NCBI GenBank assembly: GCA_024639165.1
Contig: JAHEIX010000012.1
Coordinates: 1,612 to 65,611, forward strand
DNA length: 64,000 nt
DNA from: Flavobacteriaceae bacterium
GTDB taxonomy: Bacteria > Bacteroidota > Bacteroidia > Flavobacteriales > Flavobacteriaceae
Direction of reading: 5' to 3'
Shown here: piece after piece, positions 49,100 through 59,500 of the stretch
Layout: each line of letters begins with the position of its first letter
Numbering within the stretch: the stretch's first letter is position 1
Made by a program: the position numbers and the translations under genes
Notes under the pieces: generated by a model
Seen by the model: the letters and a program-made list of their open reading frames with translations, nothing else
Told to the model about the DNA's origin: nothing
Databases searched by the model: none

Positions 49100-49635
49100 T
49101 GCGAATTGTTTCTGGCACATTAAAAGGAAGGCGTATAAGTCCTCCCAAAAAGCTTCCTGTTAGACCTACAACAGATAGAGCGAAAGAAGCACTTTTCAAT
49201 ATCTTGGTGCACCAATATGATTTTAATGATTGTAACGTGCTAGACCTTTTTTCAGGTACGGGAAGCATCAGCTATGAGTTTGGCTCAAGAGGTGTTGCGA
49301 GCATCGTTGCGGTAGACCAACACCCTGGGTGCATTCGCTTTATTACTCAAACTGCAGCAGATCTTTCTCTACCCATTACCACTGTTAAAATGCCCGTTTT
49401 GTTGTTTTTAGAACGAAACAGCAACAACTATGATTTTATTTTTGCCGACCCCCCTTATGCGCTTGAGTTGGCAACATACAAATCCATAGTTAATACGATT
49501 TTTGAAAAAAGCACACTTGCACCAGAGGGTCTGCTAATTATAGAGCATGCCGAACAAATCGACTTATCTGATATTGCACAATTTAGCCATGCCCGTAGCT
49601 ATGGCGGCTGTGTCTTTTCGTTTTTTGCTTGCTAA
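49099..49635 (+). CDS. rsmD: 16S rRNA (guanine966-N2)-methyltransferase
   Basis: The product begins MRIVSGTLKGRRI. SAM-binding (VLDLFSGTGS) and DPPY motifs (FADPPY) are present. The track start at 49078 adds 7 non-conserved residues. Confidence 0.85.
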   Translation: MRIVSGTLKGRRISPPKKLPVRPTTDRAKEALFNILVHQYDFNDCNVLDLFSGTGSISYEFGSRGVASIVAVDQHPGCIRFITQTAADLSLPITTVKMPVLLFLERNSNNYDFIFADPPYALELATYKSIVNTIFEKSTLAPEGLLIIEHAEQIDLSDIAQFSHARSYGGCVFSFFAC

Positions 49636-50490
49636 TTACTGCTTGCCAGCACGGAATAAGTATTCCTTTTCAGCTTTTGTCAAACTCTCATAGCCAGAAG
49701 AGGCAATTTTATCTAAAATGGCATCAATTTTTTTCTGATCCACAGCATCAGTAGCAGTTGTTTTTCTAGCAGTTTTTGGGCGCTTCCGTCTAGGTTTGGA
49801 GCTTAAGGTTTTTTTTATGGAGTCAAAACCATTCATAAACCAAGCGCCAATATCATTGCCCTGCAAAAATTGCCTTTGGTAAATATAGCCCCATAGAGCA
49901 CCGCCCAAGTGAGCAATATGACCGCCCGCATTAGATTGGGGTATCTGCACCAAGTCAATAAAAATAAACAGCAATGCTATATACTTCAACGGTACAGAGA
50001 ATACCAACACCCGAATGGGTGAATTAGGCATATAGGAAGCCATAAAAATCAATACGGCCATTACACCCGCTGAACTGCCAATAAGACTTCCTTCAACAGC
50101 ACTAAACACTGGAAATACATTGTAAGCAATCAAATACGTAAGCCCACCTGCCATGATGCCGACAAAAAAGGTGTTGAGCAAGAGCTTTTCTTTAAAAAGG
50201 TTGAGCATTAGACCACCTGAAATGTAGAGCAACATCATGTTCCAAAAAATATGACCAAATGAGGCGTGAAAAAAGCCATAGCTAAGTATCGTCCAAGGAC
50301 GGAAAATAGCTGTTTTAATATTTGCAGAAAGCTCAACATAGTCAAACCATCCTGAAATTGATGTTTTAAACAAAAAGAAAACTGTACTTAAAATAAAGGG
50401 AAGCACAAAAAAGACCACATTTATGGCAATGATTTTTTCTAGGGTGTTGAGCTTATCAAAGCGCACCCTTATGTCTTGCCAAAATCCCAT
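49636..50490 (-). CDS. Rhomboid-family intramembrane serine protease with a C-terminal soluble tail
   Basis: Rhomboid motifs are present (HASFGHIFWNM, GSSAGVMA, HLGGALWG). The first ATG at 50490 overlaps the upstream stop (TAATG), and the track start at 50499 is a TTG. Confidence 0.85.
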   Translation of the reverse strand: MGFWQDIRVRFDKLNTLEKIIAINVVFFVLPFILSTVFFLFKTSISGWFDYVELSANIKTAIFRPWTILSYGFFHASFGHIFWNMMLLYISGGLMLNLFKEKLLLNTFFVGIMAGGLTYLIAYNVFPVFSAVEGSLIGSSAGVMAVLIFMASYMPNSPIRVLVFSVPLKYIALLFIFIDLVQIPQSNAGGHIAHLGGALWGYIYQRQFLQGNDIGAWFMNGFDSIKKTLSSKPRRKRPKTARKTTATDAVDQKKIDAILDKIASSGYESLTKAEKEYLFRAGKQ

Positions 50491-51248
50491 TAGTTCCAAC
50501 GTTTTTGGTTAAACTGATTTCGTTTCCAATACCACATTATTACAAAGCCTGTCAGGGCCCCACCAATGTGGGCAATAAAGGCGGTATTGCTTGGGCTGAA
50601 GAAAGACCTCCCAGTGAGTGCTGAAATAGTATCTAAAAGTACAACGCCAGGGACAAAATACTTAGCTTTTATTGGCACTGGAAAAAACAACAACATCAAT
50701 TCTGCATTAGGAAACAAAAAAGCAAAGGCCACCAAAATCCCATACAAGGCACCAGAAGCACCCACCATAGAAAAATTGAAAGAGGTATAAAGACTGTTGA
50801 GTTGAGATTCTGAAATTACAGATTGCCAAGCAGTGCTGTAACGTTCAGATTGTAATAAATCTAGAACAGTTGACTCTGAAAAACCTGCTGAAACCAATTG
50901 CTCAATAATGGTACTTACTTGCGCATAGTTCACCGTTAATTGTACTAAGGCAGCACCGAGTCCTGCTGAAATATAAAAAAATAAGAATTTATTTTTACCC
51001 CACATTTGGGCCAAAGGCGAACCAAACATCCACAAACCAAACATATTAAATAATATGTGTGAAAAGCCGCCATGCATAAACATATGAGTGAGCAATTGCC
51101 AGATGCCGAAACGGTAGTTGCCAGGATAGTGCAAGGCCAATAAGTCTGTAACTAATCCTGTGATGTCAGGGCTTATCAAAAAGGTGCCAACAAAAAATAG
51201 CACGTTAATGATAATCAGTTGTTTTACGATATCAGGGATTGATCTCAT
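50490..51248 (-). CDS. Rhomboid-family intramembrane serine protease
   Basis: Motifs are HGGFSHILFNM, GASGALYG and HIGGALTG. Its start overlaps the mutL stop (ATGA). Confidence 0.85.
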   Translation of the reverse strand: MRSIPDIVKQLIIINVLFFVGTFLISPDITGLVTDLLALHYPGNYRFGIWQLLTHMFMHGGFSHILFNMFGLWMFGSPLAQMWGKNKFLFFYISAGLGAALVQLTVNYAQVSTIIEQLVSAGFSESTVLDLLQSERYSTAWQSVISESQLNSLYTSFNFSMVGASGALYGILVAFAFLFPNAELMLLFFPVPIKAKYFVPGVVLLDTISALTGRSFFSPSNTAFIAHIGGALTGFVIMWYWKRNQFNQKRWN

Positions 51249-53011
51249 GGGGTAAAAAAAGTTTCTAACGCATTTGCTGCTATCATTTTAAAGACCACTT
51301 TACCATCGGCGGTGCGATCAATTTCTTTACATGAGAGCAATTTATGTATCAATTCTATTTGTTCATGTGCTGCCAAAGACCTACCCGACCTGATGCATCG
51401 TTGCTTGGCAAGGGTAAGCGCCATGATATCACGTTGAGAGAAGGCATGAACCGTGCCATTTGATAAAGGTGTCAGCCAAGCTGACAAAAAGTGTGGGACA
51501 TCAGCTGCAGCAAAAACTTCTGGTATGGCTTCAAACTCAATCGTATCGCCCTCAGCACTTAACAAACGAAAACCCATATCGTGCAGCTCCTTTTTATGAG
51601 CTTTTAACAAATCAATACTGAGTTTATCTAAAGTAATCACCAAAGGGATGGCTAAGGCTTGAGAAGCAACAGTTTCATCATCCCATTTGTGCATAAACTC
51701 CTCATAAAGAATGCGTTCATGTGCCCTACGCTGATGCACAATCATAATGCCGTTATCGTGAGGTGCTATCAAATATTTCTGTTGCCATTGAAATGAGACA
51801 TGGACATGATCCGTTTGGGGAGCTATTAGCGGTTCTGCATGTTCTTGTTCGGCTATGTCATCAAACCGTACGTTGCTAGTTGGCTGTTTTGATTGAGGTG
51901 ATGCGCTAAAAGGATTGAAATTAGGGTTTACACTGATGTTAGGCGCTACGGGAGCGGCTTTGTGTTTGGCATATGGCGTTTCAAAGGAAGGATCTGTTGC
52001 AAAATCCAAGGCAGGCGCAATACTAAATTGCCCTAAACTGTGTTTGATGGCCGCGCGAAGTACGGCATACAAGGCATGGTCATCTTCAAACTTAACTTCA
52101 GTTTTGGTAGGATGTATGTTGATATCCAGCTGTGCAGGCGGCACTTCAAGAAATAGAAAATAACCGGGCTGTTGATCTGGGGATAACAATCCTTCAAAGG
52201 CTGCCAAAACGGCATGATGTAGATAGCCATTCTTAATAAAACGATTATTTACGAAGAAAAACTGCTGGTGCCTTGATTTTTTGGCAAATTTTGGTTTCAA
52301 AACAAATCCACTGACTTCAACCAGTTCTGTTTTCTCATCAACAGGCACAAGACGTTCGTCAAATTTTGCGCCAAAAATATGTGATATGCGCTGGCGTCTG
52401 CTTGATGCTGGCAACTGAAAAACCTCACTTCCATTGTGTAAAAGTTCAAAATGGATATCGTGATGCACAAGCGCCACACGATGGAATTCGTCTGTAATAT
52501 GTCTAAATTCTACTTGGGGTGATTTTAAAAAATTACGCCTAGCGGGAATATTAAAAAAGAGGTTTTTTACCGTTATGGAAGTGCCTTGCGCAGCTGTTGT
52601 GCGTTGTTGTTGGCTTACCTCAGAACCTGCTATATCTATGCGGACACCCAAATCATCCTGTTCGTTTTTGGTAATAAGCTGCACTTGTGCAACTGCGGCA
52701 ATACTCGCCATCGCCTCGCCTCTGAAACCTTTGGTATTTAGTTTAAATAAATCTGCTGCGCTGCTAATTTTTGATGTAGCGTGACGTTCAAAGCACATGC
52801 GCGCATCATTCTCGCTCATGCCTTTGCCGTTGTCTACCACTTGTATGTGTGCCTTGCCTGCTTCTTTCACAACAAGTGATATGCGTGTTGCTCCAGCGTC
52901 AATAGCGTTTTCCAACAGCTCTTTAACTACGGAAGCGGGCCTTTGCACTACCTCACCTGCAGCAATTTGATTGGCTACATGGTCGGGAAGTAATTGAATA
53001 ACGTCTCCCAT
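51245..53011 (-). CDS. mutL: DNA mismatch repair protein MutL
   Basis: The GHKL ATPase N-terminus is IQLLPDHVANQIAAGEVVQRPASVVKELLENAIDAGAT. The first ATG is at 53011, and the track start at 53020 is a TTG. Confidence 0.93.
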   Translation of the reverse strand: MGDVIQLLPDHVANQIAAGEVVQRPASVVKELLENAIDAGATRISLVVKEAGKAHIQVVDNGKGMSENDARMCFERHATSKISSAADLFKLNTKGFRGEAMASIAAVAQVQLITKNEQDDLGVRIDIAGSEVSQQQRTTAAQGTSITVKNLFFNIPARRNFLKSPQVEFRHITDEFHRVALVHHDIHFELLHNGSEVFQLPASSRRQRISHIFGAKFDERLVPVDEKTELVEVSGFVLKPKFAKKSRHQQFFFVNNRFIKNGYLHHAVLAAFEGLLSPDQQPGYFLFLEVPPAQLDINIHPTKTEVKFEDDHALYAVLRAAIKHSLGQFSIAPALDFATDPSFETPYAKHKAAPVAPNISVNPNFNPFSASPQSKQPTSNVRFDDIAEQEHAEPLIAPQTDHVHVSFQWQQKYLIAPHDNGIMIVHQRRAHERILYEEFMHKWDDETVASQALAIPLVITLDKLSIDLLKAHKKELHDMGFRLLSAEGDTIEFEAIPEVFAAADVPHFLSAWLTPLSNGTVHAFSQRDIMALTLAKQRCIRSGRSLAAHEQIELIHKLLSCKEIDRTADGKVVFKMIAANALETFFTP

Positions 53012-53016
53012 ATTTT

Positions 53017-53298
53017 TCAAAAAATAGAGAGATCAAAATCAAGCACATAAAGAGCACCCAGCAACAACAAACCTATAAGCATCAATAACAAGGGTGATAC
53101 GCCTTTGTTATTTCGATTACGACTCATGTTGCGAGCTTCACGCCAATGTGCGCCAAAATCGTTTTTGTTGGGCATTTCACGATAGCGTTCAAAAGTATTT
53201 TCAAATGCATACGGATTTGTCTCCTCCTTACCCTTATAATAACGAGGGGTGTAGTTAAATCTTCTGTTGTTACGTTGTTTGTTAAAAGATAGTCGCAC
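53017..53298 (-). CDS. Small basic protein with a C-terminal membrane helix (hypothetical)
   Basis: The product is 93 aa with a GTG start. It has an Arg/Asn-rich N-terminal part and then LLLMLIGLLLLGALYVL. It lies 5 nt upstream of mutL and is probably co-transcribed. Confidence 0.55.
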   Translation of the reverse strand: MRLSFNKQRNNRRFNYTPRYYKGKEETNPYAFENTFERYREMPNKNDFGAHWREARNMSRNRNNKGVSPLLLMLIGLLLLGALYVLDFDLSIF

Positions 53299-53315
53299 GA
53301 TCTCGGATTGATTAT

Positions 53316-53323
53316 CAAATGTA
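53316..53323 (-). promoter_or_regulatory. -7 promoter box (TACATTTG on the minus strand) for the small-protein/mutL/rhomboid operon
   Basis: The plus strand reads CAAATGTA. It lies 17 nt upstream of the GTG start at 53298. Confidence 0.4.
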
Positions 53324-53351
53324 CAAAAAGCGGACTAATACCTACAATAGC

Positions 53352-53359
53352 TATCTTTG
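53352..53359 (+). promoter_or_regulatory. -7 promoter box TATCTTTG, 4 nt upstream of ATG 53364 (leaderless-type)
   Basis: This is an exact TAnnTTTG match, with TTTT separating it from ATG 53364. Confidence 0.5.
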
Positions 53360-53363
53360 TTTT

Positions 53364-54368
53364 ATGATTAAGAACCAACTCGAACAATTAAAGCAATGGC
53401 TAGACAAGCCAGCAACGGTCGTCATTATACCTCACAAAAACCCCGATGGCGATGCCATGGGGAGCTGTTTGGCTTGGCAGGGCATGCTAAATCAACTAGG
53501 GCATAGCACCTCCGTTATCGCACCCAACGACTACCCTACCTTCTTACATTGGCTCCCGGGGCACGATGGCGTATTGATTTATGAAAACGACCAAGAACTA
53601 GCAGACAAGCTAATTGCTGGGGCAGATATGGTTTTTACGCTTGACTTTAACACGCTCAAACGCATTGACCAAATGGGTGCTCGTGTAGCAGAAAGTGCTG
53701 CCAAAAAAGTCATGATTGATCATCATCAAGAACCCGACGATTATGCTGATATCACGTTCTCAAATCCCGCCATAGGCTCAACCTGTGAGTTTGTGTTTCA
53801 AATTATTGATGCCATGGGTCTTGCCAAACATATAAACCAAGACATTGCCAGTTGCCTCTACACAGGAATCGTTACTGACACAGGATCGTTTAGATTCCCA
53901 AGTGTTACCTCAGCTACCCACCGTGCAGTAGCTACTCTGATTGATGCTGGTGCCAACCACAGTGAAATTCACGAAAAAATCAAAGACAATGCAAGACCTG
54001 ACAGATTAAAGCTATTGGGAATTGCGCTCAAAAACATGGTTTTTATTTCGGAATATAAGACAGCCTATATTACCATAAGTCAAGACGAATTAGACGCTTG
54101 CAACTACCAGAAAGGCGACACAGAAGGTTTTGTTAATTACGGACTTTCTGTCGCTGGAATTGAAATGGCTGTACTTATGACAGAAAGCAAAAAGGAAGAG
54201 ATGATTAAAATTTCCTTTAGAAGTAAAGGAGATTTGGCCGTTAATCTTTTTGCTAAAACCTATTTCGAAGGGGGTGGCCACATCAACGCAGCAGGCGGAA
54301 AATCGGACAAATCACTTCGAGAGACAGAAGCGTATTTCCTCAAATCACTGGCTGCATTTTTATCGTGA
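53364..54368 (+). CDS. nrnA: DHH-family phosphoesterase, NrnA-like (oligoribonuclease / pAp phosphatase)
   Basis: Motifs are IIPHKNPDGDAMGS, DHHQ and GGGH. The start is placed at 53364 (MIKNQLEQL) rather than the upstream ATG at 53319. This is because of the promoter box at 53352-53359 and the normal family N-terminus. Confidence 0.8.
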   Translation: MIKNQLEQLKQWLDKPATVVIIPHKNPDGDAMGSCLAWQGMLNQLGHSTSVIAPNDYPTFLHWLPGHDGVLIYENDQELADKLIAGADMVFTLDFNTLKRIDQMGARVAESAAKKVMIDHHQEPDDYADITFSNPAIGSTCEFVFQIIDAMGLAKHINQDIASCLYTGIVTDTGSFRFPSVTSATHRAVATLIDAGANHSEIHEKIKDNARPDRLKLLGIALKNMVFISEYKTAYITISQDELDACNYQKGDTEGFVNYGLSVAGIEMAVLMTESKKEEMIKISFRSKGDLAVNLFAKTYFEGGGHINAAGGKSDKSLRETEAYFLKSLAAFLS

Positions 54369-54407
54369 CCGCATATTTTGTACTTTTCCAATCTTAAATT
54401 TTAAATT

Positions 54408-55493
54408 ATGAACAACAAAATCCTATTCGCTGCATTCATTTTTACCCTAATCGTTGGATGCTCAACTTCAAAAAATGGCGTTGAAAAAGGGCTTTATGCT
54501 GAATTCAATACCAATAAAGGAACCATCACCCTTCAACTTGCTTTCGATCAAACTCCCAATACGGTAGCAAACTTTGTTTCCTTGGCAGAAGGAACGAACA
54601 ACCAAGTAGACAGCACCTATTTAGGTAAAAAATATTATGATGGACTTGTCTTTCACCGTGTTATCCCTGATTTCATGATACAAGGTGGTGACCCCACAGC
54701 AACGGGAACCGGTGGTCCTGGATATGCTTTTGAGGATGAGATTGTTGAAACCCTAAAACACGATGGCCCTGGTGTCTTGTCTATGGCCAATGCAGGCCCT
54801 AATACCAACGGCAGTCAGTTTTTTATAACCCACAAGGAAACCCCTTGGCTCGATGGCAAACACAGTGTTTTTGGCAAGGTGATTTCTGGTCAAGAAGTGG
54901 TTGACTCTATTCAACAAAATGACACCATCGTTTCCGTTAACATTATCCGTAAAGGCAGCAAAGCAAGAAAATTTAAAGCAGCCAAAATTTTCGATGCCTA
55001 TTTTGATGGTATTGAAGAGAGAAAAGCAGCCAAGCTTGCTGCGCAAGAACAGGTAAAATCCGATAAGGTAGCAGCCTTGAGTAAACTAAAAGAAAATACA
55101 ACCACTACCGATAGTGGATTGGCCTATGTGATTACAACTAAAACAGATGGTGCGCAGGTCGTTGCGGGAAAGACCGCAAAAACGCACTATGCCGTGTATT
55201 TTGAAAATGGAGATTTATTGGATACTTCAATAGCTGAGGTTGCAAAGGCTTATGACAAATTTGATCAAAGGCGTGAGAGCGGTGGTGGCTATATCCCCAT
55301 TGAGGCGCGTATTGATCCAGAAGTGTCGCTTATTGCAGGCTTCAAAGAGGGCTTGTCCTTGCTTAAAGAAGGTGAGAAAGCAACATTATACCTTCCGTAT
55401 CAAATCGCCTATGGCGAGCAGGGAAATTCCGTAATTCCACCCAAATCAACCCTTATTTTTGAAGTGGAAATTGTAGCACTCCTCGGGGAATGA
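54408..55493 (+). CDS. Dual-family peptidyl-prolyl isomerase: N-terminal cyclophilin domain plus C-terminal FKBP domain, lipoprotein
   Basis: It has a lipoprotein signal (...LIVGC). The cyclophilin core is [25 protein letters not shown]...GSQFFIT. The FKBP core is GLAYVITTK...[15 protein letters not shown]...[26 protein letters not shown]...[10 protein letters not shown]. Confidence 0.9.
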   Translation: MNNKILFAAFIFTLIVGCSTSKNGVEKGLYAEFNTNKGTITLQLAFDQTPNTVANFVSLAEGTNNQVDSTYLGKKYYDGLVFHRVIPDFMIQGGDPTATGTGGPGYAFEDEIVETLKHDGPGVLSMANAGPNTNGSQFFITHKETPWLDGKHSVFGKVISGQEVVDSIQQNDTIVSVNIIRKGSKARKFKAAKIFDAYFDGIEERKAAKLAAQEQVKSDKVAALSKLKENTTTTDSGLAYVITTKTDGAQVVAGKTAKTHYAVYFENGDLLDTSIAEVAKAYDKFDQRRESGGGYIPIEARIDPEVSLIAGFKEGLSLLKEGEKATLYLPYQIAYGEQGNSVIPPKSTLIFEVEIVALLGE

Positions 55494-56524
55494 TTTTCAA
55501 GATGCGGCACTTCATACTGCTGTGTTTATTCCTGTTCTTTTTGGGTTTTTTAATGCTGACTTTTGACAATGAATGGGTACACGCTCTTTATGGCCAAAGC
55601 ATTTATCCCAACATATCAGCCCTCAATCAGTTTTTGTGGTCAAAAGTGCCCTTTTCAATTGGAGACTTTGGCTACATTATGGGAATATTATTTGTCCTTT
55701 TTCGATTGAGGCACTTTAAATTGAAGCGTCATATTGGGCAGGTGCTTGCTAATGTCTTTATCATCGTTAGTTTGTTCTATATTTCTTGGGGAATGCATTA
55801 TTTTAAAACCCCATTACGGGTTTCGCGAACGCTACCCACTACAATATCATTGGAACATTTGAAAGAGACTACGCAACATTATGCCCTTACATTAACTGCG
55901 CAACACCAACAAATAAGCCATGATTCTTTAAAAGCAGTTGTCACTCCGCTGGAAACGGATGCGCTGCTTGCCTTAGCTACCAAGACTATGGAACATTCCA
56001 GCTTGCGCCCCCCTAGAGCACATGGAAAAGCAAAAGCTACCCTGTTCCCTACCATGTTGAGTTATATGGGTTTTGGTGGGTATTTAAATCCCTTTACACA
56101 CGAAGCGCAAGTAAATACCTTGCAGCCAAAGCTTCGTATACTTACGACTGCTTGTCACGAGATTGCACATCAATGGGGAATAGCAGCAGAGGACGAAGCC
56201 AACTATTTCAGCATCAAAGCATCGACTGCATCTGACAACGCAGTGGTTAGCTATGCAGGTCACCTATTGGCATTTCAACACATGATTAATAGCCTCTACA
56301 AGGCTGATGCAAAGCAAGCTAAAGCAATAATGGCTAAGCTACCTGAAGGAATTCTTGAAAATATTAGCGAAGTACGTACGTTTTGGGAAAAGTATCAAAA
56401 CCCTTTTGAGAAGGTTTTTGAGCGAAGTTATGACCAATACCTAAAAGTCAACCAACAGCAAGCAGGGATTCAAAGCTACTCGCTGGTGGTCGATCTTTTG
56501 GTTGATGATTTTATCAATCAATAA
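55490..56524 (+). CDS. Membrane-anchored putative zinc metallopeptidase (HExxH); DUF3810-like by recollection
   Basis: It overlaps the upstream gene by ATGA. It has N-terminal hydrophobic helices and an HEIAHQWG zinc-binding-type motif. Confidence 0.65.
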   Translation: MIFKMRHFILLCLFLFFLGFLMLTFDNEWVHALYGQSIYPNISALNQFLWSKVPFSIGDFGYIMGILFVLFRLRHFKLKRHIGQVLANVFIIVSLFYISWGMHYFKTPLRVSRTLPTTISLEHLKETTQHYALTLTAQHQQISHDSLKAVVTPLETDALLALATKTMEHSSLRPPRAHGKAKATLFPTMLSYMGFGGYLNPFTHEAQVNTLQPKLRILTTACHEIAHQWGIAAEDEANYFSIKASTASDNAVVSYAGHLLAFQHMINSLYKADAKQAKAIMAKLPEGILENISEVRTFWEKYQNPFEKVFERSYDQYLKVNQQQAGIQSYSLVVDLLVDDFINQ

Positions 56525-59500
56525 TTACAGGTAAGCCTAAGGCCTCGCTGTTTTGTATTGCTTTCGCTGTTGCAGCAGCCAGTGCATCCACTTGAAGCGA
56601 CAATGTATTGAGCAGCACAACTGCCATATCATAGCTTTCCATTTGCATTGCCGTTGGACCGTAGGTGTTGGAGTAAAAACCTCTAGATGCCACAGATATT
56701 CTAAAAGAAAGCGTTGGCGAGTCTTTCTCCCCTACTTCTCCCTTAGCATCACTGCCGTTAATTCTGCGTGCCAAAGCATGTTGTTCATTCTGCAAGCTAA
56801 ATACGGTCTTATAGAGAGCATCTTGGTTTTCCTGTGCAAAGCCAATAGCTTTTGATAAAGCAGCTATTTTTTTCTTGGTTTTATCAAGCGTTTTATTCAT
56901 TTTTTCTGCTGCTATATAGAGTTCGTTAAGCTTAGTTTTGTAAGCAAGATGCGAAGCAGCTTCTGGATTTGTCAGCACATTTTGACGTAGTCGTGTTACT
57001 TTAAATGCTTCCATTTGTGAAAGCTGGCGTAAGGTGCCATTATGCTTTTTAAACAATTGTACATAGTACGTGCCTGGTGCTACATCTGAACGCAACCCTG
57101 TGCCATTATCACGACTGGAATGGATATCCAAAGCTGATGCAAGACGCTCTCGTAAATCCCAATGCTTTCGATGGATTCCTTTGCTATATGGGCCCGTTAG
57201 CTCCGTTAGCACCTTACCAGAAGCATTTGTCACCCGCAAAATGGCTTGTGGTTTCTTCTCAAAATCTTCGTCGTCCAATGCCTTCCAACCTGGGAATGGA
57301 ATGTCCTTTTTGTCTTTCTTTAGTTTCTTTTCAGATGCCTTACGTTTGGCTTTCATGGTTTTGATGTCATCAGCTATATAGTACGTGAACTGTGCGCCAT
57401 AAGTTGGGTTTTTAGCTGTGTAAAAAGACGCCCCTTGACTAGAGGTGCCGCCACGCTCTTGCACATACTGCAAGGCTTTTTTTACTGGAAAAAGCTGATT
57501 GCCATTAGCTAAATTTTCAGCTGAAATACCACGTAAGGGGCTATAATCATCTAGAATATAGTAACTACGCCCAAAAGTAGCAGCTACCAAATCGTTTTCA
57601 CGCTTTTGGATAGCCAAATCACGAACAGAAATCGTGGGCATCCCATTGCTGAATTTATGCCAATTATCCCCTTGGTTAAGACTTATATAAACTCCGTATT
57701 CTGTTCCTAAAAACAACAATTTCGGATTTACGTGATCTTGAACCAATCGCCATATGAGCGTTCCTTCTGGAATACCTTCTGTAATGGATTTCCACGACTT
57801 CCCGCCATTGGTTGTCTTGTAGAGCATAGGGCGATAGTCACCAAATTTGTGATTATCCAATGCCACATAGGCAATGTTGGCGTCAAACATATCAGCTTTG
57901 ATATCGTTAACAAAAGCAGTAGCAGGTGCGTCGGGAAGCTTATCAACAGTCACCGCAGTCCATGTAGCACCTCCGTCTTTGGTGGTGTGCAAGAGACCGT
58001 CGTCTGTACCGGCATATAATATGTTTTCGTCTTGTGCAGATTCGGCTAGAGAAGTAATGGTATTATACGTTGACATGGCGTATACATCCCAAGCGGCATC
58101 CCAGCTCTGTTTTCGGCCCATAATTGGCAAGGCTAAGCGCTCTTCATTTTTTGTCAAATCAGTTGATATAGCAGCCCAACTGTCTCCCCTATTTTCTGAA
58201 CGCCAAACACGCTGCGAACCGAAATAAAGGCGTTTTGGGTTGTGTTGGCTCACCAATATGGGTGCGTCCCAGTTGAAACGTTCATAAGGCTCGTCTAGTC
58301 CGTTCTGAGGGCGTATATAAACTGCTTCACCTGTTGTTCTGTCCACACGATGTAAATTACCCTGTTGTGATTGGGCATACACAATAGCTGGATTACCCGG
58401 CTCTGTAGCAGGCTGGTGTCCATCGCCTCCCAATAACACAAACCAGTCTGCGTTACTAATACCATTTCTATTAAAGGTCTGAGAAGGACCTCCCTGAGTA
58501 TTATTGTCTTGCGTTCCCCCAAAAATATTATAGAAGGGATATGCATCATCCACAGCAAGCTTGTAAAACTGCGTCAAGGGCAGGTTGTTGACAAATTTCC
58601 AGTTTTCTGTATCGTCAAAGGTTTCGTACAGTCCCCCATCCGTACCCACTAAAATATAATTGGGGTCGTTGGCTTTAAACACCATCGCGTGGCTATCCAC
58701 GTGTTTTTTGGTTTCGTTCATCTGATAGAAAGTTTTACCTCCATTTTCAGAAACCAATACGTAATTATTCATCAAAAATATTTTGTCAAACACATGTGGA
58801 GAGGCAATTAGTTCTTGGTAATAATGCGGTCCTGTCCCCCCAGAGACAGTATCGGACATTTTTTTCCAACTTTCACCTCCGTTCTCAGAACGATACACGG
58901 CACCTTCTCGCCTTTCCAGTTCAATAGCTGCATACAACACATCGGGTTTTTGAGGGGATATTGTCAAACCAATTTTACCCATTTCCGAAGATGGTAGCCC
59001 GGTTTTAAGTTTTCGCCAGCGCTCACCACCATCAACAGATTTGTACAAGGCTGTGCCAGGGCCACCACCCATATAAGCAGCTACATTGCGATGGCGTTGC
59101 CAGCTGGCTGCATAGAGTACGTTTGGGTCGCGAGGGTCAATAACAAGGTCAGTAACTCCAGTCCATTCGTCCAGATCCATCGTTTGTTTCCATGAATTAC
59201 CACCATCAGTAGATTTATATAAACCGCGTTCGCCACCAGAACTCCACAAAGGGCCTTGAGCAGCTACCCATAGCGTATTTGAATCTGTTGGGTGTACAAT
59301 TATTTTAGAAATATGTTCTGACTTTTTAAGCCCTTTATTTGCCCAAGTCTTGCCTCCATCACGGCTCAAATACAGCCCATGACCAATTCCTACGTGTCTA
59401 CCGCCTACATTCTCACCCGTTCCAAGCCAAACGGTTTGGCTGTTGTTAGGATCAAGTGTAATTGCGCCTGTGGAATAGAATGATTGCTTATCTGTTAGGG

